In this document: positions 40,201-53,489 of the stretch, piece by piece
Layout: every line of letters begins with the position of its first letter
Position numbering within the stretch: position 1 is the stretch's first letter
Assembly: GCF_000150275.1 (NCBI RefSeq)
Contig: NW_002060948.1
Span: forward strand, 3,485,183-3,549,182
Source: Trichoplax adhaerens
Lineage: Eukaryota > Animalia > Placozoa
DNA: 64,000 nt
Direction: 5' to 3'
Translations under genes and position numbers: made by a program
The notes under the pieces: generated by a model
Database searches by the model: none
Seen by the model: the letters and a program-made list of their open reading frames with translations, nothing else
What the model was told of the DNA's origin: nothing

Positions 40201-43126
40201 AAAAAAATCTCTACTACCGTCGTCATTCAAATTAGGTTATGGCCGTAAGATAGTCCATAGTAGCCAGTCTGTTTGGGTAATCAATGATACTGTACTGCAA
40301 ACTGTCTGGAAACATCCAATATGACAAATGTGAATGAAAAATAAACGGTTATGTTAACTACGATTAAGTGGAAGGAACATATCGAGTAGTTAATTCAATC
40401 CTTCAATAGAAATAAACGCCTTGAAAGTAGAGGCTGTCTTCCTTTCGTGAAATCTTTCATTCTTGTGCAACTTAGGTTACATAACCGTTGTATTATTTCA
40501 CAGAAATAGTTCAAAACGACAGTTAAACGATATATCGCAAACAGATAGAAAAGCATGACAAAGAACTGCCAAATAATAACTACGGTACCATATCCCATTT
40601 TAAGAAAAAGCATCGTCATCATAATCGTTTATGTGTTATGAAAGAACTATTTCCACAGAAATTATTTCAAAATAGTTGGATGATATACCATAAATAACTA
40701 TAAACGTAAGAAATAAGAATGATTTACGTCTCTGTCTCAATCACTAAAATCATTATGGTGCATTTATTTATTCTATGTCAGAAATAACCCTTCAAAATAG
40801 TTTTGCAGACAAATATTGGCTGTTTAGTTATGGATTCTTCTTTACTAAGTGAGAATTGTGGTTATACCTTGATTGATAATTTAACGGGGAAAGGTAATCT
40901 TTTAATACTCTAACTGCAATAAAAATGAATTCATCAACTACTGGTAGCATGAAATTAACGGATCTAGAATCATATACGTTCCTACACATCAAAGGCTGAA
41001 TCATCGGCCATTCATTAAATTGAATATAACTTACGTATAGTCCACGCGTACTTAATGAAATACGAATTTATCAAACAAAGCAACTGGGTACTAGAGTACT
41101 AGAAAAAGAATTATGGAAACGATTTCGTCGATTGCCTTCTAAAATAACTAGAATCAACGCTAAATAGAATACAGTACAATCATTATTGTATCCCATGCGT
41201 TTATAGGTCATGATAAAGAATGATAGGATTGTAAGAAATTATGCATTAAATATTCAAGACACATACGGTAACAGATTTGACTCTATTGCATGTCTTGAGT
41301 ATATTGACACATTCGATTAAATTGAAAAGATCAAGAAAAGCTTCTCGTAGCGTTGATAAATACTATCTAGACACAGTATGGGTAGGTTGATTTAAGTTAA
41401 GATGAATAAAGCTCTGTCTAGGATGGTTTAACTCTCCAACTTTTCTAGCTTAGATAATAAATTAAGCTATGGCCAATTCTAGAAGTGACTGTCGTATACA
41501 AAAGCCTATACTGTATTATTTGACTGCAAACAAGACCGCATTATTAAGACGATATTAAATTGACTATTTGGCCAATTATTCTCCCTATCGTAACTAAATC
41601 GACAATTTGCAACTTCAATAGTTTCGGAAGAAGATGGCTGACAAGTAAATTTGAATGGATAAAAATCGCCATGACTACCTTGGGCTACAATTTCATGTTT
41701 GTAAGGAGCAGTCATGATGGCGAGACTAGACGTTATTTAAAGTTTAAATAAGATCGATTTGATAGGTCGTCCCCTTATTAATAAAACCTGTCCTAGAGAT
41801 CCGAAACCGCCTACCCTATTAACATCATTTTTAACCGATAACTTTTCAACGAATTCGATAATACTTCCGCTAATCTGTATCAATCCTCTAATAAATTGTA
41901 TTAATTAAAATCTCTTTACTAATTCGTTAGCGCTAATACAATTAACTAGCTCATTCAGTTCTAAATCCATAATCTTAAACATCTATAGAAATAGTTAACT
42001 TTGATAAGCAGCACTTTTAATGGAAGACCAACATGGATGAAAGACGTTAAAAAACTAGCAGATGAAGGCTGAGTTTAGTATTATCAGTGCTAGTAGAACT
42101 CGTTTAATCGAATGAATGTAAAAATTTAAGGGCATCTGATGATCATCAACGCGATTTGTTCTATCTACATGATTGATTAATGGAATATCGTTGTCAAAAT
42201 GCCTTTACACAATATTTGATTGATAATACCAAATAAAAATGTTTGAAAGCATATTGACGTATTTTACGTTCCTACTTCTGCTGTTCCATGTCTTTATCCA
42301 TTTCCTGCTACTGATTATTATCAATCATCAAGTAATCATAAATGACCAATACCCTAGCTGGTCTCTATTTGGAATAGTAGAAAGATGAAGATGTAGAAAT
42401 GCCACTAGCAATTTAAATAGGAAGCATGCAAAGGATAAATTAATATAGTTATTGAACCATTTTTGGATTTAAAATATTTTCGGTTAACATTACTGAGTTG
42501 GCAGCGGTACAATTTCCTTAAAAATGTCAGATTCTCAGATGAATTTGATAACATTTTCAATTTTAAAATATAATATTGAATAGCACATTGGAAATGATTC
42601 ACTCCTTAGAAGCTTGATACTGAACTCAAACGGCCGTAGTTCTGCTCTGCTAATAAAATGATGCTACGTGAATTGCATAGTTAAACATGCCTATTTTACT
42701 AGGGATATCTTGACAATAAAGCGTTTAAAATTGTTGCGAAGCCTTCCCCTCCCGATAGTTTCATTTTTTTTTAGTCATCACGGCGTGATAGGTATAAGAC
42801 AACTGCCGAATTCTTTTGAGTTAGTATACGATTTTAGCGAGGATAGTAATCAACAGAGACCGTAAATCTGAGTGATGCTATTAAGAATTGAAAAAGATAG
42901 AGGAAAATAAACAACTTTAAAGCACTTACTCAACTACTGTAGTATGCTCAACTAGCAGTAAATAAAAGTAGACGTTGTTATACTTGTGTAGCACGATTGG
43001 AAATGGATATAGAGTGATGCTATGATTGTCAAGATCGCCATTATTGCAATATGTACCCTTCAATATCTACTTATATAGTTTTTGAAAAAGAATTTGCGAT
43101 ACAACTACCGACTTACCTTGACTCAT
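31278..43126 (-). CDS. Largely disordered S/N/H/D-rich protein with tandem MIU-like ubiquitin-binding motifs; tentatively CCDC50/Ymer-like
   Basis: Phase-consistent exons 34417-34318, 34094-34034, 33574-33530, 33166-33024, 32881-32299, 32187-31915, 31770-31735, 31607-31278. A tentative first coding exon 43126-43117 (ATG AGT CAA G|gtaagt) supplies the required phase 1. Contains DHRMAQELQDQELARMLWKQE (two overlapping MIU-like helices). The family assignment is from memory and is weak. Confidence 0.6.
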
Positions 43127-46100
43127 GGTTCACTGATTTCTATGAAGGCATTTATGTCGATAACCAATAAATAATCCAACTAAAATAACGAATATACAGA
43201 ATTTCGCTACGGCAAAGGATAACTTTTTTGATAATAACTTCTTCTTTAACGCTTTGATATTTGTATCTAAGCTCCAATTTACCCTTTAATTCTCTTATTA
43301 ATTCAGCAATAATAAGTATAAAAGACTACAACGTTCTTTGTAACCAATTTTTTTGTATGTGTTTGTGCCTCAGTCTTGTTGATTTTCCTGACAAAGATGA
43401 TACCATGTAGTTCGCTTTAATTCAACCAATTTCTTGCCCCTGGACTATTGGTCTGGGTATACTTTTTTAATCTGCACGACGAGTGTTGATTCTTGGTTAG
43501 ATAAATTAGATAAGGTTAATATAATTATTTAAGTTATCGCTATCGTCGTCATTTTAACGGATGTACAAATTAATCAATAAGATTTTAATCAAGTGATTTA
43601 TTTTGGACGAAATTTGGCCTACTAATACATTGACAAATATTTTATACTAGAGTGTGGCAAATCGAGTGGTGTTAACAGAAATGCTATAGATGGCTTGGTG
43701 AAACAATTGTCTTATGAGCCGTTTTTACTGAATATGAGTAAGATATTAGTCATAATTACAAAGTTAACGTTATTTTGAACAATTCTACTTCGGACTGGAT
43801 CTTATTGTTTTGATGATAATAGGCACAATAGTAGAGTTGATTGGTCTAAAAAGCAATCATATAAAAGACGTATACTAACAAGAGTCGCAGCAGCAATCGG
43901 TATAGTCAATAGAATATTTTATAAATTTACTTTATTCTCTATCGATTCAACATTATTGATTTTAACATTAAGGAGGCCATTACAAGGAGTGATGATAACT
44001 ATGACTACAATAGACTAGATAACTTTTGTTTTATGGTTCGATAAAACAAAAGAAAACACGTTATTGCCGCTAATACAAGTTATAAATATCAATATGTTAT
44101 GCTGGGAGAAAAAAGATAAACTACGATTGATCTTGTCATTTTGTTGAAATACTTTATTCATTCGATTAGAAGTGATCTATACAAAGTTATTCGGAGCGAG
44201 ATGGCAATCCAGTATCGATAGTATGCGTTGAGTTGGATATTGATTGAATTGTTTAATACTTTGATGACACACCATACTGTCAAAGTTTAACTATGACTCA
44301 CCTATCTTACATTATGCCATAGTAGGCATGGGACTTTGAGTTTAACAAATAAAAAAATAGATGGAGTTATTATATACACCTTCTGTTTAAAATACGGCAC
44401 ATTATCGGTGATGATATACAGTGCCTAAAGTGTTTGTTTTATAAATGGATCTATGTCAATGGACAAATTTAGGCGGAATGACACAGATAAAATATTATCT
44501 TAAATTAATTTCAACGTATATAGACGTTCAAGTTATCCTATAAAATTAAAATAACTCATTTAATCGACTTCATCTCGGGTATCGATTTTATCGTTAAAAA
44601 AGTAATAAAACACTCAAATTGTGTTACTGGATTTCACGATTTTACTTCGTTGTTACTGCATTAGTTGAATGATAGCGTATTTCGAATGTTAAAAACTAAA
44701 TCGTCAAGATACTTAGTGGATTACGGAGTAGAGCAAGAGCAAGGATAATCTTAATTTTCGTTATTAAAATGTCATCTTAGCGACATGTTAGCTGATGAAG
44801 ATGAACAGCGTCCAAGTTCATGCCGCTATCAATATGAATTACGTCCATCATAATGGTGTAGTTAAAAGTTATAACTTAGTGTAACTATACAAATCAATCA
44901 TTGATTTTAGATTGTTGGCGTTATGTGAATGCATGTACAGAGACAGACTAAATAAATATTATAAAATGGGTCAACGAATAATAATTGACATGCATTTATT
45001 CCATTAGATAAACAAAGCTATTTTGAATTCTTACCTGCCAATAATGTAGTTTACCTACATATAAAAACAATCGCCTTATGACGTTTTATTCTGCGTATTA
45101 CTTATCTATTGATCAATCACTGCAGTATAGTGCCATCGATTCATAACATGCCATTACTCATTTGCGATTATATTCTTGTTACTTGTAATAGCCATACAAT
45201 ACTAGCCTTGTTCACAACTATTTTCACCAACACAAATGTATTACAGCTATTTGAAAATCAATTAATGCTGATCTAAGATTTTTTTACTCATTGTGTCGCT
45301 ATGACCTACATAACCTAATAGAACTTTAAGAACCTTTTAACTCAAAGTAAACTCATCATTAGTATTTATAAAAATAAAATTGAATAATACTGACCTCTTT
45401 ACCGCGCTTATCTATTAGAATGCATTGCACTCCATCTTGTACTAATAATTAATGAATCCTTCATACAAACAAATAAATGGTTGTCATTCATTAGCATAAC
45501 AAATCGATTTTAAGGCAGCTAATCGCATTGGAATGAAGATTTTTCATTAACACAGTACTACTGTAATTTTAATTATTCATTGCAATTATTCATTGCAATA
45601 TGTAAATTAACATAATTACATTAGCATGAATAACACCAGTAAAGTGATAACACATTAGAGTATTTGCTTTAAAAATGATTTTAAAAGTTCCAGTTTTACT
45701 GACAAAGTTTACCTCCCACCTAAAGTAAACGAGTGTAAATTTATTTCTACTAAATGATTGATCGGTTGTTAAACAAACCAAATGTAGGTTTCTATCATAA
45801 TTTCTTATAACTAATAACTAAAAAGTGACTAATGCTAGCATTCATGGGCTAATTAGCAACAAATTGCCATAGGGTAGTCATGACATTGACCGCAATTATG
45901 ACTTATCAACTCTTGTGAGTAATATTCTAATACTTTTTAATAGATACGGTATAAAGGTATACATTACAATTCTTTCAAGCAATGGTGCAACGGAATTGAA
46001 TTACAGTTCAAATTCATCAAGAATAAAACCGATAATAACGTTTTAGGTAGAAATGAATCCAGATTATAGGGCCTCAAATTAAGCTAAAAACGATTCTTTT

Positions 46101-49100
46101 GAATGAAAAATCGTCAAATAGCGATATAAATGCTAATGCAATAGAATTAGTGCATTAAAATAAAAAAGGTTTTTTCAATTTGTTGTACTGTTACTCTTGA
46201 ATCATGTGGTTACCTCCTACTCTTAACGTATCAATACGAATAGTTTCCAGAAAGTTGATTTATAAAATGATGGGATCAATTCTAGAATTGATCTTTTAGG
46301 TCACAAGTTACAGTAGTACTGTAGAATAAAGATTACATTAAGAGAAGATGAAATATTACACGTTGCAAATCAAAACTGATACGATCAAGCTTGAACTAAT
46401 CTATTACATGGTTAATTAAAACGATAATTAAATGATTGTACATAATAAAATTACTTCTATCTTAAAATTAAATAGACTGTATTTAAACTGTGAAATAGAT
46501 CGCGTTATCATCAACATCGCTGGTAATATCTGAGGACAAATACGAATTGATATGATAATGAAACGAATGAGTCATCTGTGTATCATCAAGTTATAATAAA
46601 GCGTGCAAGATGGATAGAATTAATTACTTGTATTATTTAAAATTTTAAATTTCTAATTAATTACAGATCTCATTAAGTCAATTCTCGTCGATCTTTAATT
46701 CAACATAATACCAGTGTAATGAAGAGGATATTAAATCAACCCTTCAGGGCTTTCAATCTATTCTAACTAATAAATAGAATTTCAACTTGACAAATTGCAA
46801 TATAAAAAGCCTTGATCTGACTAATACTATCCACATAGTACAATGTCATTGCAAATATAATTATATTATTAATATGTTGTTCAACTAAATAATAATCAAT
46901 ACGTTTTTTACAGTGTATTAAATGATTTTAAGCTCATTGTATTTGATAAAATAATATGCTACTTCGAGGTTATTTTATTGCTTTCTTAATAATAGTATCG
47001 TCACTATTATTACTATCTAGTTGTCTACATCATTAATTTTATTACTTAGATCTGATATCTATGCCAACTTTTTAATAACTGTATCAACTATCTGTCAAAG
47101 CATGCACGATCATTTGTTAGATTGACATAAATTTCTATTGAGATTAATTGGTGATAATAATATACCCGTATATAACACTAATGAGACGAATAAGTTATGT
47201 AGTATATGTTCCTAAACTGATAATACAACTTTAATTACTATACAATCTTAATTAAGAATAAAGAATAGGACTGTCAATAGAACTACTAGCTCTACAATTA
47301 AGCTATAGTGTATTCAATATAAGTAGCTATTTCTCGATAAAAATACTAATAAATCTTAATTATGGTTTGCATTATCATTTTAGCGTCGCATCATAGTAGT
47401 ATAAGTTGTTGCATTTTCTGAGTTTCTAATAACTATATTATTTTTTAATCATTCTATACTGATAAATATAGATTTTAATCTTGTCCAAAAATATGATTAA
47501 GTGCCATTGAAGGGGTAATCTAGTGTTATACACAGCTGCCTTTGGAAGGTAGTAACGGTATTTGATTTAGATAGCTCGTACTTCTCAATGTAATGCTTTA
47601 ATGCCATTGTGAAATCTTTATTCATCTCTAACATGGCAATTCTTTTGTCTTTTTGAACCTAAATTGTGAAGTTTATTTAAATCTGCATCATTAAGGTACA
47701 GCAACGTGACGAAATAATATCATCGTCGTTATAATAGCTTTGATATAACTATGTTGAAGAAAGTGGTTCAAGGTCACAACTGGAAATACTTGTACATAAG
47801 GCATTTTAATTTCACTGATTTATATTTACTATACTTTCAGCTTTAAATAAGAAGCATTGTATTTCGATGACTCATTCGTAAGAACTCAACCGAATTTATT
47901 GTAGCACTGCATATCTAGTCCAATTAAGATACCAATACAATAATGTAAAGTAGAAATGATGAAATTTTAAACCGCCATACAAGAATACTTTTGTATTGCC
48001 ACGGATAACTTCAAGGTTGCTCGTTACTCTCGTGCACAGTACTATAATTTATTTACGGTAAAATTTTGCAATTTATTTTATCATTTTAAATATAAATAAT
48101 TAGTCGATAGCCTACTTAGCCTCATTTTAAGATCAATGAATCATATGATGTATCTTGAGACTGGATACAAATAAGATATTATTCATATTCAGGTCGTATT
48201 TGCAGGGTAGTTACGTACGATCTCATAGCTATAACAATCCCAACAGCAGATGATTTATTGTTGTGGTTCAGAATAGTATAACTTGTTGTATGCTACCTGC
48301 AACGATGTCAATAAAGATGTCTAAAAGGAAATCCATTTCAAACGATTCATTATAGCTAATTAGGCCATCGAGCAGTATATACAGATAAAAGAAAGTAAAT
48401 AGTTGGTTACAGTACAAGATAAGTTACAATTCCAAGCTTGATGTTGGAATCAAGTGCACACCGCCATGCTGCAGTATAGCATCGTCTACAGTACTGTAAC
48501 TGTGTAATGTCTGCATCGATCGTGTACTGTATGCATCTGGACTACAAATTTACCTAATATTAGATCTTATGATCTTCGTTCATTTAAGTTTTGCGATTTA
48601 TGTTCCCACTGTGCACAGCACGGCGTTCTAGCATTTGTGATCATCATCATGACCTACAGTAACTAATAACTAACTATACTAGAAGAAGACCTGGACTGAA
48701 CACTCTTGGACGGACAAACATTTTAGGCCTCATCTCGTCCAACTATTATGCCAAAAACATCGTTATGGCAGTACTTTACTATGCAGGCGGTCGATTTTGA
48801 ATTGGTTAATGTTTTCTAAATGAAGTCATATTGCATTGAATTTTACTCGTATTATCTGTTACAAGTTTCTGCTTGAAAACACTTCTATAAACTGTCCTTG
48901 ACTGTCCTTGACGAAGACAAAAATACAGGATTTGACTAGAGTCCTTATGGGAGTCCTGGAAAAAGTTCATCGTGTGAACGTACCTTTATTATAGACTACC
49001 TTCCACGGACGTTTTTAAATATTGTAATAAAAGTAGATTTTTATCAGAAGTTTTCCTAGGTCTAGGTCTAACTTTATTATCATTAATGGGAATGATCAAT

Positions 49101-49194
49101 CCATGTCTTCTTCTAGTAGTCCATGCTGATCCACGACTTCTTGATAAAATAATGTTCTCTTATAATTTACTATCGAGAAGTCCGTGTCATCATA

Positions 49195-49325
49195 CCGTAT
49201 ACTATGCACAGTATAGTACAGGAATCACATAGTGAAATGCGCAAGACTCGCTGAAAAGGCTTACAGTACTGCATACTGTACTCAGTGTACTGTACACTGT
49301 ACTCAACGTACTGTACATTGTAGTA
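49195..49325. repeat. Second CAGTA/TACTG-type low-complexity tract, just upstream of RPL39
   Basis: ttacagtactgcatactgtactcagtgtactgtacactgtactcaacgtactgtacattgtagtag. Shares motifs such as gtgtactgtacactgtac with 25108-25125. Confidence 0.8.
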
Positions 49326-49364
49326 GCACTTACGTTGCCTTTTAAGGATATGTCTTTGCGCAAG

Positions 49365-49383
49365 TCCTCTCTCGGCCTTTTCC
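49365..49383 (+). promoter_or_regulatory. Polypyrimidine TCT-initiator / 5'TOP-like sequence of RPL39
   Basis: tcctctctcggccttttcc lies ~45-60 nt before the RPL39 ATG, as is typical for ribosomal protein genes. Confidence 0.6.
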
Positions 49384-49426
49384 ACGCTCGATCCTGGTTA
49401 AGAACGTAGTCCAAAATCGAAAAATC

Positions 49427-50732
49427 ATGGTAAGAATCTGAAAGATATCGCTTGCATCCCTTTTAGTTCTCGAATAGAACCCAATTCTTAATGTAAAATA
49501 GGCAATCTTTTTGTGTTTTCGTCATCTTATGTGTAAATTAGCGATTGAGATGCTTGGAAACATTAGATTATCGATGTAAAGTGTAGATAGATTTCTGGAA
49601 ATTTCAACATGGCGTCTGCTAACAATCCGCCTATACAGATGTAACAAAACCAAAATGTTACATCTCGATGGAATCAGTCTACTATGGAGATGACTGGTAG
49701 TTCTTTTTTTACTTACGGTACTTTATTTTATACTATCAGAGATTCAATAGAGGATTACACAACTACTTTGCTATTCAAACGCGTATCTGCATAGTTATTG
49801 GCGTGAACGACTTTAAAGCACCAACTGTAAAGCACTAAGCTTGATTAGATGATCTTATTCAGGAGATTTTGAATTTTTAATCTTAACTGACGTATAGTTA
49901 AACCAGCTTACCTTTATTTCATAATACACATTAGCCGGCTAGTAACTAAAATACTGATAATCTTGTTTCAGTTTCTACACATCCTACTGTCAATACATTT
50001 GCAGTAGGTTGAATTTTGAAGGAGTATACATCGTCCTTTGTAATGTACCATAGTTTCCAGATATTCACAACACGTATACATTACTTCTGCGTTTGAAGTT
50101 CTGCCCCATAAGGATAACAATGTGAAATTCGATAATTATGTCATGTAAATGATAATATTCGTCGTACCGCAAACTGTATCTCTAGCATAATTATATAAAG
50201 CTTAAACCGATTGGCTTTGTTGGTTGTTCCCTCGTTCCTTTGCCAACACTGATTACTCTGCTGTTTTAGCTTGATTCTTAATCCACACTATGCAACAAGT
50301 TAGGCTGATTGTAAAATAAATGATGTATATGAAGGCTAAAATGTTTGTTCGTCTTTCTACTAACTTAGTCGTCACACAAATCGTTCATTATCAAACGGAA
50401 ATTGGCTAAAAAGATGAAGCAAAACAGGCCAGTCCCTCAGTGGATCCGATTAAGAACTAATAACAAAATTCGGTATGTTGGTGAACTGAATGCAATCAGA
50501 CTCGTATAGTTGATTATTAATCGTAAAGGTTATAATCCTTGTTATTAGTATATGGATGTGCATCATATATAGAGATTAAGTCCATTAATTTACCGCTTAA
50601 CCAATGACGATATCTACTAGCGAAACCTACATAAGTAGATAACCAAGTTATTTATTCGAATTTATTGACTTTCAACTTTATAGCTACAACACGAAGCGAA
50701 GACATTGGCGCCGTACCAAATTAGGATTGTAA
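49427..50732 (+). CDS. RPL39: 60S ribosomal protein L39 (eL39), 51 aa
   Basis: Exons 49427-49429 (ATG|gtaag), 50369-50472 and 50684-50732 give [51 protein letters not shown], which is clearly eL39. Absent from the ORF track because the exons are short. Confidence 0.97.
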
Positions 50733-52412
50733 GAACTTTCTCTGGAAACATTGATCTTCTAAAATATGTGGATTCATCCTGTAAAATAGAATGGACAAAC
50801 TGAAAAAATCCTATAGTGATTGTCCTTACGGCCTGTTCGTACTTTGTAATTGGGATTTAGAATAAAATTTCCATTGCAGTTAACAAATCTTTGAGATGTT
50901 TATACTTAATTTGCTGGTTAAAATTCTGTTTGTAACCTTGCTATAGACTTTGATATACTTTAGCGTCTTAAGTCTCCTTCTGTAGCATGTCTTGAATAAT
51001 GTAGCTTCCACGTAAACAAAGAGGTTGTAGCTGTTAGATTCCTAAAACTAAAATTGTATGTACTGTAAGGACAGGCATAACAATGTACGGTAGACTGCAT
51101 AAGGTAACTCCGAACACAAAATATAGCAAAGCATAAAGCGATTAGATCAATACAGGTTATGTGGAAAAATTACAAAACGAAGGAAATGATAAATTACAAG
51201 TCCAACGTCGTTCTTATTCGATCTTGATATCTTTTATATTATGTGGCAACAACCTAGCTGGTAGATTTCTATGGTCATAAAGCTTGATAGCCTTCAACCA
51301 ATACTCGTATTAGTAATGAATTATCAGCATTGCACGAACAGGTATTTTCAGCCACCATGATCAACACAGATTAAGATAAAGATCACTTGACGATAATCTG
51401 ACTACATTGGTAGCAGTGATGTTGAAAATTATATACTTGAATATACCCTAACCTGCTGACGTATGATTGTCTAATTCATGTTATTATAAATTATAACCTT
51501 AGAGTTCTGTAAGTATTAGATTTCTACGCTAATAACTATGATTATAACAGTCTATCGGTCAATTCGACTAGGTCTCCTTACGTACCGGCATAAAAATTAA
51601 AAATTACGAGAGTGATAAATAGAATGACATGCTCTTATATCGTTGCAGAATCTCTGAAAACGAACTGTCAGTATGGTTAGGTTGGTTCATTAATTTACGA
51701 GCGCATTTGCATGCGTATAGTGTCATTAAATCGCTTCGAAAATTACAAATGTAGAGAAAACTACATAACTGTTAATTTATCATAAATACTGCACTTGAAC
51801 TACTGTGCGATGCTAACGTTTCGGCGATATATTAAGTAAAGCCAGTTAATTATCTCCTAGAGTGTACACTAGAGACTCTAATAAGGTCCAGGACTTCTAG
51901 TGTATACTTTGCAAGGATTTACGATGCTTCCTGGGCAGTAATAAAATTGTGGTAATTATAATCAAGAAACATTCCATTGCACGATCTTTACTAATTAATT
52001 AAAGGGTGCTATTAAAAAATAAACTCAAAGAGGCAGCCAGTGTTAAAATAATTAATATATAGTAAAATCAATTTCTAGAACCGGCATAAAATTATAGATT
52101 TAACCTTAGTTAAGCCTAGGCTGCAATTTATACGGTATTTAGCAATACTTGAGTCTACTCAGCTCTAACTTAAGTTAAGATGGTATATCCACGATTAACA
52201 ACACGACAGCAACATTATACGTATATTCTACCTGAGATTAGAAATACTATGCGATTAGGATTCCGTGAGTTTCAATGAGCTAACTCAAGCGTGTTCATAT
52301 CGATGTTTCATGACTAATTATTATTTATGTGTATTAGTTAAGCTTAGAAGCATCAACCCTTATTTAAGAAGACACTATAAGGCGTAATTCTATAAGTAAA
52401 TGAGCTGACGAT

Positions 52413-53489
52413 ATGGAGTTAACAGACTCTGAGTCACAATCAGAGGACAATGCCTTGGAAGATGTATTCGGAAGTAATCAACAAAGTACTGATATCAACC
52501 CTTTTGATAAGAATAATGTGCGACTTCGAATCTTAAAATGTGCAGCTAAACATGGCAACTGGGTCGCATTAGCATCACGATTAGGAATTAAATATAAAAC
52601 CGCATATAGTTGGATAAGAGGTAGAAGACATAACTGTCCACCTCCTCGAAGAGGAGCTTACAAACTCCTCTCATCCGATGATATCGACACATTAATTCGA
52701 TGGATAGAAGATGATCCAACATTAACTCTAAAACAAATTCGGGAAAGAATTTTTCGTGAATTTGATGGAATGGATATTAGTGTCAACACAATTTCAAGCT
52801 ATCTCTTAGAGCGCCAAATATCCATAAAGACGTATGAACCAAATTTACTAAGCATAGGTAAAGAAGACACTCAAGAAGCGCGTTGCAAATATATTAATCG
52901 GATTACAACAGCAGTGCAATCAGGTAAAAGCATCATCTGGATAGCAGAAATCAGTTTTAGTATCTGCTGCAATAGCACTCAAGAGGTTGAGATTGAAATT
53001 AGGAATCCTGTCCCTTTACCTAGTAGCAAGAATCCAAATGTTCACCTGATCGTTGCCATGGCCGACAATGGTATTATTAAGATTACGAAAAAGAAACAGT
53101 ATTTCAAAGAGCAAAATCTGAATTATTGGATAGTAAGATTATTGAAAAACCTTAAATCTCAAGGAATGTCACTCGATAACGTGGTGTTAATTTGCGATCT
53201 TCCCAAATCGCGTCAATCTAGTCTTCAATTAAAGATTTTTGACATAAATCCTCAGATAAAACTATTTCGGTTAGGGCCTTACGCATCATTATTAAATCCA
53301 GCTGAAATGTTATGGTCTAAAATAAAGGCATTTATTAAAGCCAATCTTCGTAAATGTATGATGACTCGAACCATTAGTCGCGAACAACGCTTCGTATACC
53401 TTCAAAACTTTATCCATAATGCCATCGTTTCCTTGACAGATAGCGATATTCAAAAAGCCTCACAACGTATGACCAATTTCCAAGTGTGA
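52413..53489 (+). CDS. IS630/Tc1-mariner-like transposase-derived protein (HTH + degenerate DDE domain)
   Basis: Intronless 358-aa ORF. HTH WVALASRLGIKYKTAYSWIR. Second HTH IEDDPTLTLKQIRERIF...ISVNTISSYL. DDE-region motifs IIWIAEISF (expected D-E, here A-E), VLICD and YASLLNPAEMLWSKIK (cf. YSPxLNPIE.W), with D35E spacing. No TIRs found by eye. Confidence 0.8.
   Translation: MELTDSESQSEDNALEDVFGSNQQSTDINPFDKNNVRLRILKCAAKHGNWVALASRLGIKYKTAYSWIRGRRHNCPPPRRGAYKLLSSDDIDTLIRWIEDDPTLTLKQIRERIFREFDGMDISVNTISSYLLERQISIKTYEPNLLSIGKEDTQEARCKYINRITTAVQSGKSIIWIAEISFSICCNSTQEVEIEIRNPVPLPSSKNPNVHLIVAMADNGIIKITKKKQYFKEQNLNYWIVRLLKNLKSQGMSLDNVVLICDLPKSRQSSLQLKIFDINPQIKLFRLGPYASLLNPAEMLWSKIKAFIKANLRKCMMTRTISREQRFVYLQNFIHNAIVSLTDSDIQKASQRMTNFQV

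Noticed and set aside
36270-42865. Scattered 60-75 aa ORFs in the long non-coding interval
   Set aside because: Near-random length and composition for AT-rich DNA, with no motifs or splice-consistent chain.
48428-48467. ATG GCG GTG TGC ACT TGA on the minus strand as a possible C-x-U selenoprotein start
   Set aside because: No recognisable selenoprotein sequence follows and no SECIS was identified. A short uORF or chance is more likely.
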